NCBI GenBank assembly: GCA_013239625.1
Contig: MU054187.1
Span: 24,430,433-24,494,432, forward strand
Reading direction: 5' to 3'
Length of the DNA: 64,000 nucleotides
Source: Lama guanicoe
Lineage: Eukaryota
In this document: in pieces, positions 1-11,915 of the stretch
How the letters are laid out: the number at the start of each line of letters is the position of its first letter
How positions within the stretch are numbered: the first letter of the stretch is position 1
Translations under genes and position numbers: made by a program
Notes under the pieces: model-generated
The model's database searches: none
Told to the model about the DNA's origin: nothing
What the model saw: the letters and a program-made list of their open reading frames with translations, nothing else

Positions 1-1985
1 TTTTTCCTCTCATCTAACTATCCAATACTTTGGACTCTGAAAGCCTGATAATAACCCATCAATAAGTACTTGTCCTCAGCCTACCTAGTGACAGTAAAGT
101 CTTGAGTGGCATAAAATACATGTCACCCAGGATTCAGGCCTCCAAAATTTTACAACAAAGTCAAATGAACAAGGCAGTATCTTATATTCAAATTACACAG
201 CAGTTCAATTTAAGGACTAAATTATGCAGAACAAATACTTAATGGATATGAATACATGTGATAAATTAAACACATTTTACATAGGAAATAAGTACAGATG
301 AAGTTGGAGGGGAAGGTGGAAGTTGTTAGATATGACTCAGATTCAAAAGACAGCTACAGTGTGGGGAGGTATTTAAGATAAAATTTCTGGATTTTGTTTC
401 TATTATGAGAAGATTAAACAAAGAACCAAGAATAATTTTAATTAGATCTATTCCATTCATATTTCTTATAGAGTACTAACTTTCTTAAGGTATTTTTAGA
501 AATTATGAACTTGAATATATGTAAATATTTTAAATCAGTAGAATATATTATTCATAGATGGTAATCTCTTTAAAATCTAACCTTTTTAAAGTTAAAAGCT
601 TAAAATCTAATCTTTTTAAAATTTTCCCTATTCTTAAAATATTCTAATTTAGTTTAAAATTTTCTTATTATCTAAAGTATAGTGTTTATTACCTCCTGTA
701 TAAAAATAAAATTTACATTAAAATATTTTTTCTTTTATTGTAACTATACCAGACATTCATATTCATAAAAGAAACTGAAGAGCAAGCAGGTAAGGAAAAG
801 AAATTATAATTCTACCACTCAGAGATAAGCATTATTAATATTTTGGGATATATCCTCTAGTCCATTTTTTATAAAATACACATTTTATTAAAAAGAAATC
901 TTTTATCTGCTTTTTGCCTTTCTTCTTTAACAATTTATCAGAAGTATCAGAAAGTATATATTCAAGACCAATGAAATTTTAAGATTTTTGTCTTAGAACT
1001 TATCTATACAAAGTTTATTTCAAATGTCATGTTTTAGTTTTTGGATTTTTAAGTGGTTCTATTTTTCTCTCTTCATTTTACTCCTTAGTGCACAAAATAC
1101 ATGGAGCCAAATAATTTTTTAATAGTTATGAAGTCAAAAGAAATTTAAGAGTCCTCTCAAAATGGGGTCATATGACAGAAGCCTCAGATGACACAGGGCA
1201 TCTATACATGAGTTCATGTCCAGTTCTGCCACTGAGCATCTGAGTCCTCCTGGGCAAGCCACTCCTCACTTTGAGATGTACAGATGAGCTATTAAATGTT
1301 AAACAACCTCTGAATCTCCCATGAGTCTACTTAGAGTGCAGATATAGGATATTCCAGAAATAGGGATACAGATAATTTTAAATATACAGAGATAGTGCTG
1401 ACATCCTCAAATTCTTTTGGTCTTGTTTGAAGACTGCCTACATTCTACAGGTTTCTAGAAGGTTTGAGTCTATAATGAAATCAATGCACAAAATGACAAA
1501 CAAAATTTTGGCTACTGTTCTAGAACAGATTCTTGCAGGGAAAAAAAAAAATTGGTCCTTCAGAGAACCTATTTTGGCCCCTAAAACAAAACCAATCAAA
1601 AGTAACTACATTTCCCCACTTCCATATAAATGACTTTTCCTTTCTAAATACACCTGTTTATCACATTGTAAATAGAAATCATTTTGTAAATGTAAGGAAA
1701 CACCAGTGATATCTACATTTATTTTTAACTTTTAATGGAAAGCATAAATACAGATTACTCAAGAATGACATGTAAATAATCATCAAAAAGTTAACTCCAA
1801 AAAAGTTCTGAAGGTTCACTCTCACAGCCTGGGATCTGATTAAGCAGGTTTTTGCCGCATATAAATATGTTATAGTGTATCAATAGATGCTAAAAAATTT
1901 TATATTATGCATTAAATTATAAATTGATGATCTCAGATAACTAACCATCAATATTGTCCAAAAGTATTTTGGTAATATCCAATGT

Positions 1986-2118
1986 CTGTGATGTCCAATA
2001 TGGTGGCCTCATTGAAATGTGGTTAGTACAAATGAGAAACGGTTTCTTTTTATTGAATTTTAATTAATTTAAATTTAAATAGCCACATGTAGCTAGTGGT
2101 TATCACATCATAGAGCAA
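1986..2118. mobile_element. MER3-like hAT-Charlie DNA transposon remnant
   Basis: Characteristic segments 'tgtccaatatggtggcc...tgaaatgtggttagt...ttaaatttaaatagccacatgtagctagtgg'; recognised by eye. Confidence 0.55.
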
Positions 2119-2372
2119 GATGTATACCATATAGGGGAAAGAAAACTTAATTAGGCTTTATCACTTTTTGTCAAATATTTTGGTAAATATTTATAAAACA
2201 TTTAATAAACATTGATGATATTTAATGAATTTTACAATTTAAATTACCTGAAAAAATCTCCATAAAGAAAAATTATTAATACATTACTTAGGTTTAGCTC
2301 TAGCAAAATAGATTTTCATAAATCATACTTTTAAAACAGAAATATATAAATTTCTATTTTTTCTAAAGCACT

Positions 2373-3125
2373 TTTTTGTCTTTTTTTTTTATTAAAGCAC
2401 AATCAGTTTACAATGTTATGTCAATTTCTTGTCCACAGCAAAATGTTTCAGTCATACATGTACATACATATATTCCTTTTCATATTCTTTTTCATTATAG
2501 GTTACTACAAGATACTGAATATAGTTCCCTATGCCGTACAGATGAAACTTGTTTATCTATTTTACATATAGCAGTCAGTATCTGCAAATCTTGAACTCCC
2601 AATTAATCCCTTCCCACCCCTCTCCCTTCTCCCACCATAACCATAAGTTTGTTTTCTATGTCTGTGAGTCTGTTTCTGTTTTGTAAATAAATTCATTTGT
2701 GTCATTTTTTAGTTTCTGTGTATAAGTGATATCCTATTGATATTTGTCTTTCTCTGTCTGACTCACTTCACATAGTATGATAATCTCTAGGTCCTTCCAT
2801 GTTGCTGCAAATGGCATTGTTTTCTTCTTTTTTATGGCTGAGCAATATTCCATTGTGTGTGTGTGTGTGTGTGTACCACAACTTATTTATCCAGTCATCT
2901 GTCGATGGGCATTCAGGTTGTTTTCATGACTTGGCTATTGTAAATAGTGCAGCTGTGAACATTGGGGTACATGTATCTTTTCAAATTGGAGTTCCCTTCA
3001 GATATTTGCCCAGGGGGATTGCTGGATCATATGGTGAGTCTATTCTTAGTTTTCTGAGGAATCTCCAAACTGTTTCCCATAATGTTTTCACCAAACTACA
3101 TTCCCACGAACAGTATAGGAGGGAG
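2373..3125 (-). mobile_element. 5'-truncated L1 (3' UTR and ORF2 C-terminus)
   Basis: Poly-T at the left end; antisense L1 ORF2 text (ORF 2799..3161 '[19 protein letters not shown]'); 'agcactt' repeated on both flanks. Confidence 0.9.
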
Positions 3126-4059
3126 GAGCACTTACTCTTAACAGTAAGGGTTTGGGGGTGAATGGAGCTCTAGGTGTCTGCAGGGCTGTGAGGAGTCCTA
3201 GGTCTCCTGTTTCCAGGGGAGCCCGTTCACTCTCTCAGTAAAACGGGTTAGTAATGTCTAAATCGCAGTCAGTTGTTAAGATTATCTGAGATAGTTAGTA
3301 TTTTGAAAGTGATTTGTAAAGTATAAGGCATTATCTAAGTGTTGGTCTATGACAAAAATCTGACCCAGGTTGATATGTAAAAATCCAAAATTACAAGATA
3401 GATAAATCATGGGAGGATTATGGGAGGAGTATTTTGATTTATGAAAATGTTTTACTACTTAGTCTAAAGCACTTCTTAAAACCAGTGACGTATGGCTCAT
3501 TTGAAGAACCATTAGCAACTTAAAGGATATTCATAATTCTTACAGCCTCAGAGCATTTAATTACAACTTAGGGATTTTTTTCCAAAATATTGGTGTTTAA
3601 ATATTAACATAAATTATGAGAAATATTTAGGCAAGGTAATGGGGGTGGTTAAATTCTCTTCATTGTAACATACTGACATTTAAAATAAATGTAATTAACC
3701 TGTACAACTTGAGTTAAAATAAGAATTAAGAAAAAATTCACATTTAAACTTTTTTAAAAATTAACCTTAATATGACTTTAAAGCAATTATAAACTATGCT
3801 TTTCACAGATCTTTTAAAATTATGGTTAATTAAAATATTGACTATCATTAAGTTTTTAAGTTGCATAAAAATATGCAAGTGTTAATGTGCTTAAGAAAGA
3901 ATGCAGTATAACTTATAACACAGAACAAGCTGTAAAAGTTTCAAAGTCTCAAAGAAAATAAATAATAAAATCTTATATGCATTTAACAGTGAAGTAACCA
4001 GAGGAAAACTGATAGTTTTTTTAAAGAAATAGATTGCAGTGTATTTATTTATATATACA

Positions 4060-7000
4060 TATGTATTTATTGAAGTATAGTCAGTTTACAATGATGTGTC
4101 AATTTCTAGTGTACAGCATAATGCTTCAGTTATACACAAACATACATATATTCATTATCATATTCTTTTTCACTATAAGTTACTACAAGATATTAAATAT
4201 AGCTCCCTGTACTGTACAGTATGAACTTGTTTATCTTTTTATATATATATATTAGTATCTGTAAATCTCAAACTCCCAATTTATCCCTTCTCACCCCCTT
4301 CACTCCCCCATCCAGTAACCATAAGTTTGTTTTCTATGTCTGTGAATCTGTTTCTGTTTTGTAAATAAATTCATTTTTTTTAAAGATTCCACGTGTAAGT
4401 GATATCGTAGTGTATTTTTCTTTCCCTTTCTGGCTTACTTCACTTAGAATGACAATCTCCAGGTCCATCCATATTGTTACACATGATACTATTTTATTAT
4501 TTTTATGGCTGAATAGTACTCCATGATATAAATATACCACAACTTCTTTATGTAGTCATCAGTTGATGGACATTTAAGTTGTTTCCATTCATGGCTGTTG
4601 TAAATAGTGCTGCTATGAACACTGGAGTGCATGTACCTTTTTGAATTAAGGTTTCCTCTGTCCAGGTGTGGGATTGCTAAATTACAGAGTACGTCTATTT
4701 TCAGACTTTTGAGGAATCTCCATACTGTCTTCCATAATCACTGCACCAAAGTGCATTCCCAACCAGCAGTGTAGGAGGGCTCCCTTTTCTCAACACCCTG
4801 TCCTGCATTTGTCATTTGTGGACTCTTGAATGAAGACCATTCTGACTGGTGTGAGGTGATACCTTATTGTAGTTTTGATTTGCACTTCTCTGATAATTAG
4901 CAATAGTGAGCATTTTTTCATGTGCCTATTGGCCATTTGAATGTCTTCATTGGAGAATTGCTATTTTAAGTCTTCTGCCCATTTTTAGATTGGATTGTTT
5001 GGTTTTTGTTATTAAGGTCTATGACCTGTTTATATATTCTAGAAATTAAACCTTTTTCAGTCATATCATTTGTAAATATTTTCTCCCATAGGTTGTGGTT
5101 TTGTTTTGCTTATGGTTCCCTTTGCTGTGCAAAAGCTTGTAAGTTTAATTAGGTCCCACCTGTTAGTTTTTGCTTATATTATATTGCCTGGGTAGAATGC
5201 CCTAGGAGAACTTTGCTGAAATTTATGTCAGAAAATGATTTTCCTATGTTTTATTCTAAGAGATTTATAACATTTTGTCTTATGTTTAAGACTTTAAGCC
5301 ATTTTGAGTTTATTTTTGTGTATGCAGTGAGGCAGTATTTTAACTTCATTGATTTACATGAGCTGTCTAGTATTCCCCAACACCATTTGCTGAAGAGACT
5401 GATTTTACTCCATTATATGTTCTTACCTCCTTTGTCAAAGTTTAATTGACTAGAAGTTTGTGGGTTTTTTCCTGAACTCTTTATTCTGTTCCATTGATCT
5501 ATATGTCTGTTCTTGTACAAATACCATTTTTTTTGATTACTGTAGCTCTGTAGTATTGTCTGAAGTCAGGGAGGGTTATTCCTCTAGCTTCATTCTTTTT
5601 CTTCAGTAATGCTTTGGCAATTCTGGGTCTTTTGTGATTCCATATAAGTTTTATTATGATTTGTTCTAGTTCTGTGAAAAATGTCCTGGTTAATTTGATA
5701 AGGATCTCATTAAATCTATAGATTGCTTTGGGTAGTATGGCCATTTTAACAACATTAATTCTTCCAATCAAGAACATGGGATATCTTTCCATTTCTTTGA
5801 GTCATCTGTAGTTTCCTTAGTCAACGTTTTGTAGTTCTCCACATATAAGTCTTTCACTAATTTGATCAGATTTATTCCTAAGTATTTTATTGTTTTGGAT
5901 GCAACTTTAAAAGGGATAGTTCCTTTACTTTCCTTTTCTGATATTTCATTGTTAGTGTAAAGAAATGCCACTAATTTCTGTATGTTGCTGTTGTAACCTG
6001 CTACCTTGCCGAATTCTTTTATTAGCTCTAGTAGTTTTTGTGTGGAGCCTTTAGGGTTTTCTATATATAGTATCATGCTATCTACATATAATGACAATTT
6101 TACCTTTTCTCTTCCAGTTTGGATCCCTTTTATTTTTTTTTTTCTCGTCTAATTGCTATGACTTTGACTGCCAATACTATATTGGATGGAAGTGGTAAGA
6201 GTGGGCATCCTTGTCTTGTTCCAGATTTTAGTGGAAAGGCTTTCAGCTTTTCACCATTGAGTACTATGCTGGCTGTAGTTTTGTCATAAATAGCTTTTAT
6301 TATGTTGAGATATGTTCTGTCTGTACCCACTTTGGAAAGAGTTTTTATCATAAATGGGTATTGAATTTTATCAAATGATTTTCTGCATCTATTGAGGTGA
6401 TCATTTGATTTTTGTCCTTTCTCTTGTTAACGTGGTGTATCATGTTGATTGATTTGCATATTTTGAACCATCCTTGTGTCCCTGGGGTGAATCCAACTTG
6501 ATCATGGTGTATGATCCTTTTTATGTGTTGTTGGATTCTCTTTGCTAATATTTTGTTGAGAATTTTAGCATCTATGTTTATTGCATTGATTATTCCCTTT
6601 GGAATTCATGACCTCGTAAACTGTCAAGGCCTATTGCATTGATCAGTCTTTCAGGGGATTTCTCTTGTTCTTTTACTTGGGAGTCGTTCCTCTGCTTCTT
6701 CATGTTACTTATATTTCTCTGTAGATCTAAGAGAATAATTTATCCACTGTGGTCTTGAAAGGCTGTTTTAGTTTTTGTTTGTTTCGTTTTGTTTAAAGTG
6801 GGAGTGTTTCTGTGTAGACTGTGTGCATCTAATAGTTCTGTAGCAACGACTGTTCTTAGTATGGATGGTTGCCATGTCATCTTTCTTCTGTATGTATTGG
6901 CTGTTATCCCTCTGACTGGGGGTGTGGTTGGTGCTGTGGTGCTCAGAGCCTGCCCTGAGTGGTGTTGAGCAGGGCCTCCTTTATTGTTCTGTGGTTGTCA

Positions 7001-8235
7001 CAGCCTTGACGGCGGCCTGGTCTGCTCCCTTGTTGCTGGAACAGAGGTTCTAGACTGGTTTCTGAGCTGTGGTGTGTGGCAGGCAGGGCTGGAGTACTTC
7101 AGCTGAGAAGAAGAGTGGCAGGAGATGTCCACTGGGAAGTGCCCTCTGTGGCATTGTCTGTCACTTGCTACGTAGTCTTTGTTGACGCTGCCTTTGTTCC
7201 TGCCTTAGCTGTGGGAATGTCAGCCATCTGCTCTGGTGTCTCCCAGTTTCTGAGCCCCAGGAACCACCAGGTCAGATCTGCCAATGTCAGGCACTAGGAC
7301 CCACTGTAGCAAGCGTGCAGTCACATACCTGGGTCTGTGGTGTGCCACAGGGTCAGCGCAGTCTCCGTGTACAGTGTGGTATGCAGGCCTGTTGTAAATG
7401 CCGATAATCACCGCAGCCATGAATCAGAACTCTGCTCACTGCCAGAGGGGATCAAGGGTCCCGAGAGAGCAAGTCAGCCCTCTTCGCCTGGGGCTGTAAA
7501 CAAATCTCAGTCCCACCCGTGGATTCAGCTTTCAGCCCTGCTTCTGAGCAGCAGTGATGGCTATGACAGAGCCCCACCCCTTTTCTCGTGACAACAAACC
7601 AACAATGGAGCCAAGTGGACAAAGCAGCTATGGCGTGGCTGCGTTGAGACCCTCTCCCCCACACACATACCAACAGTGGTGTTCTTTTTGGGGGGTCCCA
7701 GTCTGTTCCGTGTCACACACACCCCCCAGCCAGAGCTCACACTGCCCTCCAGTCCCCTGAGGCAGCCTCTGTGCAGCGGGCTCCAGCCCTCAGCCTGGGC
7801 TCCTCACCCATCTCCAGCAGCCAGTCCCAGCTCATCCCTGACAGCTCACATCCAGGGCCGGGGACCGCAGGGGCCCTCTGCGTCAGTTTCCCTTACTTCT
7901 GTCTGCTGTCACTTTCTCCTCTCAGCCTCAGAAGCTCTGCTTCTGTCCCTGCTGACCGCCCCCCCCCGGGTTGGAGAGTGACTTCCCAGCATGAGGGTGC
8001 CTTTCCTTCTATGCCACTTCCTCCCTGCAGGACCAGTCCTTCACTGATTTATTTTTCTTTTCTTTTTCCTTTTTTTCTTACCATATTTTGTGAGAATCCT
8101 CCTGTATTTCAAAATGAGAGACACTCTGCCAGAGTTCAGTAGGTATCTGTGTGATTCGATGGGTTTGTAGATATAATTCTTGATGATTTTGTGGGAGAGG
8201 GTGAGCTGTGAGTCTCTCTATTCTGCCGTCTTGTA
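4060..8235 (-). mobile_element. L1 with intact 5' UTR, internal deletion from early ORF1 to ORF2 RT, and 3' UTR; disrupted
   Basis: ORF2 RT fragments 6130..6351, 5768..6097 and 5499..5792 (e.g. [29 protein letters not shown]). The GC-rich 5' UTR at ~6720-8235 matches the 5' ends at 30856 and 59425. Confidence 0.92.
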
Positions 8236-9525
8236 CGCTGGATATTTTGAATGCTACATTGTTGTGCTTACATACCTCGTGGTCTTTATTAGAGTGCTGA
8301 GATTTTTCTGGCAGTAACTTCCTGACTTATAAGTTTTATCCTATTGAGGCTTATGTCTGAGTAGGTCTAGAGTAGTACTTAACCTTCAGCCAAAAATAAT
8401 GCCACTTTTTATGTATAGTCTATCTGGGGTCTCAGTTGAATGCATGTGGAGTTTAGTGAAGCCACTTATTATAGAAAACTAGAACTTCAGTGTCTCTCAG
8501 CATTTTGTAATCTCTAGGTCCTTCATCAGCTCACAGTCCTCCATAGCTTTTCTCTTCTACACTTCATGGAATCTTGCCCTGAATACATGCAAATTAGTAT
8601 TGGCCCAAAGACTCAAATGAATGTCTCAATGAATGTCTGGAAATACTTCTTTCCATACCTTACTGTTCTCCAATATTGAAAGAGTAGTAAGCTAACTAAC
8701 AAAATGGCTTCCCTGATGCTAAAGCTGTTTGCTGATTCATTCTGTCTTAAAATTCTTGCAACCGGTTTTTCTCTTTTCGCTGAGAATCCCCCATCTCTGC
8801 TTCACTTGCTCGACTGCTTTTGTGCTAAACAACCCCCAACCTTTCCATGACACTCTCCATTCCCTAGACATTCTTTACCCGCAATAGCTTATCCTTTAAC
8901 CCAGAAGCTGTGCCCCAGAAAGATGGTCATGGGCTGACAGCCTCAGAAGAATGAAGAGACCCTCCAGAGTTTCTCCATGACACCAGGTGGATTCATCAAG
9001 ATTAAGAAGAACGTAACACCCTGGAAAACACCCTGATTGTCGTCATCTTTCTGCTCCATCCATTTTTTCTATGAAACCTCAGGTTGCCAACCCCAAGATG
9101 GATTCACTGTCTCTGAGACATCAGCCTGCTCTGCCTTCCCTTTGCCTGGCAAAGCAATACAGCTGTTCTTTACTAATTCTCCCAGAACTTTGCCTCCAAG
9201 TCTCAATATGGCCATCAGGGTACAGAAGCCTTTTTTTTTTTTTTTGGCAACAGTATTTTATCCCCAAAGTTTCTGTGGTCTCAGCCACCCTTAACCTTTA
9301 TCTCTGGGTTTCCTTACCCAGCAAAAACACTGCTTTTTTGGTTAAGGCTACTTTTCTATGTTGCAGTTTGGAACTCATCTCATGAGCATCATTGTTCTCA
9401 AGGATCCTAGACCTAGGATGTCTGTTGTCTGATTATTGTAAAATGGCTGATGAGCATTTTTATAATTGTATAAGGTGAACAGTAAACCCAAGGCCAATTG
9501 TTCTGTCATGGCTATAACTAGAATT
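8236..9525 (-). mobile_element. Old L1M-type fragment, split by the LTR at 8677-9252
   Basis: Degenerate L1M-like text on both sides of the LTR ('ggatattttgaatgctacattg...gtctagagtag'; 'ttctgtcatggctataactagaa'); subfamily not assignable by eye. Confidence 0.4.
8677..9252 (+). mobile_element. Solo ERV LTR (ERV1-like)
   Basis: TG...CA termini (tgaaag...ttggcaaca); 4-bp flanks atat/gtat (1 mismatch); poly(A)-signal-like 'aatacagct' followed by a U5-like tail. Confidence 0.7.
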
Positions 9526-9536
9526 GATCAGTTTAA

Positions 9537-9547
9537 TTTTTTTAAGT
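9537..9547 (-). terminator. Gene-end / poly(A)-like tract at the 3' boundary of the viral element
   Basis: Minus-strand ACTTAAAAAAA resembles the filovirus stop signal ATTAAGAAAAA and is followed within 1 nt by the second TSD copy. Confidence 0.45.
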
Positions 9548-9941
9548 TATCTATTTGATAAGATCATTCTTTATTTCATTTGATAAAGTAATTACTCACC
9601 TTCCTATATGTCTTAAGAGATTTTATCTGGGATACGTGTTTCAGAATAGTTGATCAACTCTGTGTGTTAGACGGTAGCATTCTCAAATCGGGGTGTTACA
9701 AGACACCTTTAGCTTTATTATTTATTTAGCTTTGGGAACTGTGTTTCAAAATTTTGCTCCCCACTTGTTTTCCCTTTATGGATTAATTTTGGAGTTTAGA
9801 GTTGGTTTCTTGGTAAAATCATAAAAATCCTTCAATTTTACTGCCCATCAATTTTATTCCTTGGGACTTTTCACTCTCTTACAATTCACCGTAACGATAC
9901 TCTATTTAGTTTATTGCTAATGGCTACAGTGAACCTAGTTG

Positions 9942-10960
9942 TTAAATGGCTATAGTGAAGCTAGTTACCACTGAACATTCAGTGACTGTGATAGTGTATG
10001 TGTATTCCCAAATGTATTAATTAACCACACCTTTTGGTGGAAGTGGAACTTTTAATAATTCTGATGGAGTTCTGTCTCTCTTAATAAACTCATTCTACCA
10101 TGGCTGATCACTTTAAATATTTTGTTTCCAGAATCTCTTCTATGTCTTCTCCCTTAAGGTGGGTGTTCTGGCTGTAGACAAACTATGGCTAGACTACAAA
10201 CACACAGAAAATTCATGAGGCTTTCCTTAATTTAACTCAACCTCTAGGACACCTTAAGTGTGACCCAATATTTCTATAATGAGGAATGACACTAGTGATT
10301 CTAAATTTTTGTTAGTTCGAATTTCATTTTTTGTTACTATAACAATATCTACTTTTATAATGTGAACTCTCATTAACCAGGCCAACCCAACTTTTGCTTT
10401 CTCCTGGGAAAATATCTTCCCTTATGTTTTGTAATTTGTGCAGAGTAAAATTTCTTACTTCCTTCTCTGTGATTTCTTTCCATCTGCTAAACCTTCACTC
10501 ATCACTAATTTATAAATTCTCAGTGGGTGGCTCTCTCTCAGGGGATCAACATTACAAAACCTCCCTAAGCAATGAGTCAGCTGATAAGGGATCAAAAAGA
10601 ATAATTACCATTTTCCCAACCACTTATTTTTGGGATTTTTAGCACGATTATCTTCACTTCTTCTAGCTTTCTCTTACTGTTTTTGATAAGCATTTAGACA
10701 CTAAACATGAAAGAACTCTTTTTCTGTCCTGTTAAACTGTTGAAATTTAGCTAACAGTATCTCAGTAGGGTGAGCAGTCTGCCATCTACAACACTGGATT
10801 TTTATTGCCCTACTGTTCTGTGTTTTCTGTAACAATGGCCAAGGTTGTGTCTTTAAGTAGATTTAAGACTTTCTTTTTCCCTCATGTAATAAACATTTAG
10901 AAAGAGACAAGTCTCTACCACTTTACTGACTTTCATGCATTTCCTCCGACAAAAAGCAGT
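9942..10960 (-). pseudogene. Filovirus VP35 (polymerase cofactor / interferon antagonist)-like pseudogene
   Basis: Window motif vs EBOV VP35 (from memory): VVETCLFL 10921-10898 / VVQTLASL; EILLAKFQQF 10763-10734 / AEMVAKYDLL; LQNIREDIFPGESKSWVGLV 10434-10375 / LRNIMYDHLPGFGTAFHQLV (gapless); VELN*GKPHEFSV / ASLAEGDSPQCAL; TARTPTLRE 10175-10149 / TKRVPIFQD; LLKVPLPPK 10058-10032 / LRPVPPSPK; ends FTIAI* (TAA 9944-9942) / LGLKI*. About 340 codons. Confidence 0.85.
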
Positions 10961-11915
10961 CTTCGTTGTTTCTGTTTAAAATCTAGATAAGTTCAAAATA
11001 CTAATATAAATTAAAATTATAGGTAGATAACATTGCAAGCCATTCGAGCCAATTTCTTCATTTGGAGGATGTAAGGGTGTATTTTAGCGAATATCCTAGC
11101 ATCCTAGTAGTATCCGCAGCAGTATGTGCATTTCCATCCGGATCCTTCACACTAAGCGATCAGTCACAGTGAAAGGAAATCTCAGACCAACTTCTGCCAT
11201 ATATACATTTATTACCAAACAGGCAAAGGAGCTGTTACAACTTGCTATAGTCCTGTCACAAATGTCTTGATAAATATCTTGCTTGAAAGACTTGCTCTAA
11301 CACTAACGTGATGATGTCCTTGTAGGAGATAAGGCAAGCCTCAGTGTCAAATTAGGAAGCAGGAGCCTCCAAGCTCTGAGTGTAAGAAATACTATATTCT
11401 TTTATTTTGCTAAATAAACGCATATATTTTCTGAACTTCTCTCCCCTTCATTTTCTCAGCAACAGATTAACCGTAATCACTGTCGGGACTCCCTTCCTCC
11501 ACTCTCTAGATCAAGCAAGATTCCTTGTTTTTGAGGCAGGACCAAACATCTGTAGATCTGAAGTTGGGGACTGGGATCTGGTTTACTTTTGCTAGGCTTT
11601 CTGTCCAAGGAACCTTGAAATCTTGAAAATGGGTAGCATTTTGTGCCAAGGTTGGGCTCTGGGAAATTTTTATCTTCCGCCATCACAATTTTTTGTGATT
11701 GGCACCAGGCTTCCATAGATCACTCCATCAGAGGTGCATTCGCATCTCTAGCATCCTTAACTGGGAGACAATCTCTGTATCTCTACCCAGTTCTGGGTAA
11801 GCCATCAGGTGAAAGTCATCAGAACTTAATCTTTAGAGATCTAGCAAAACTAGAGCACAAAAATATGAGACGCATCTAATTTTGTGCAATGAAGAAATAT
11901 AACCTTAGGTCATTT

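Noticed and set aside
753..795. Plus-strand exon candidate ending CAG|gtaagg
   Set aside because: Weak acceptor, and it sits in old L1ME-like 3' sequence.
6579..6643. 12-bp direct repeat tattgcattgat suggesting a small insertion with TSD
   Set aside because: The enclosed sequence aligns to normal L1 ORF1 in the copy at ~61030-61095, so the repeat is intrinsic or junctional.
7076..8142. Clusters of GC-rich ORFs (also 30998-32140 and 59547-60921) as a gene family
   Set aside because: All lie in homologous L1 5' UTRs and their frames are not conserved between copies.
9548..9918. A third viral gene (VP40-like) after VP35
   Set aside because: No convincing gene-start signal or VP40 motif was found; treated as a VP35 3' UTR.
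10394..11879. Plus-strand ORFs 10394..10642, 11407..11595 and 11643..11879 as genes
   Set aside because: They are antisense shadows of the viral remnant with no recognisable product.
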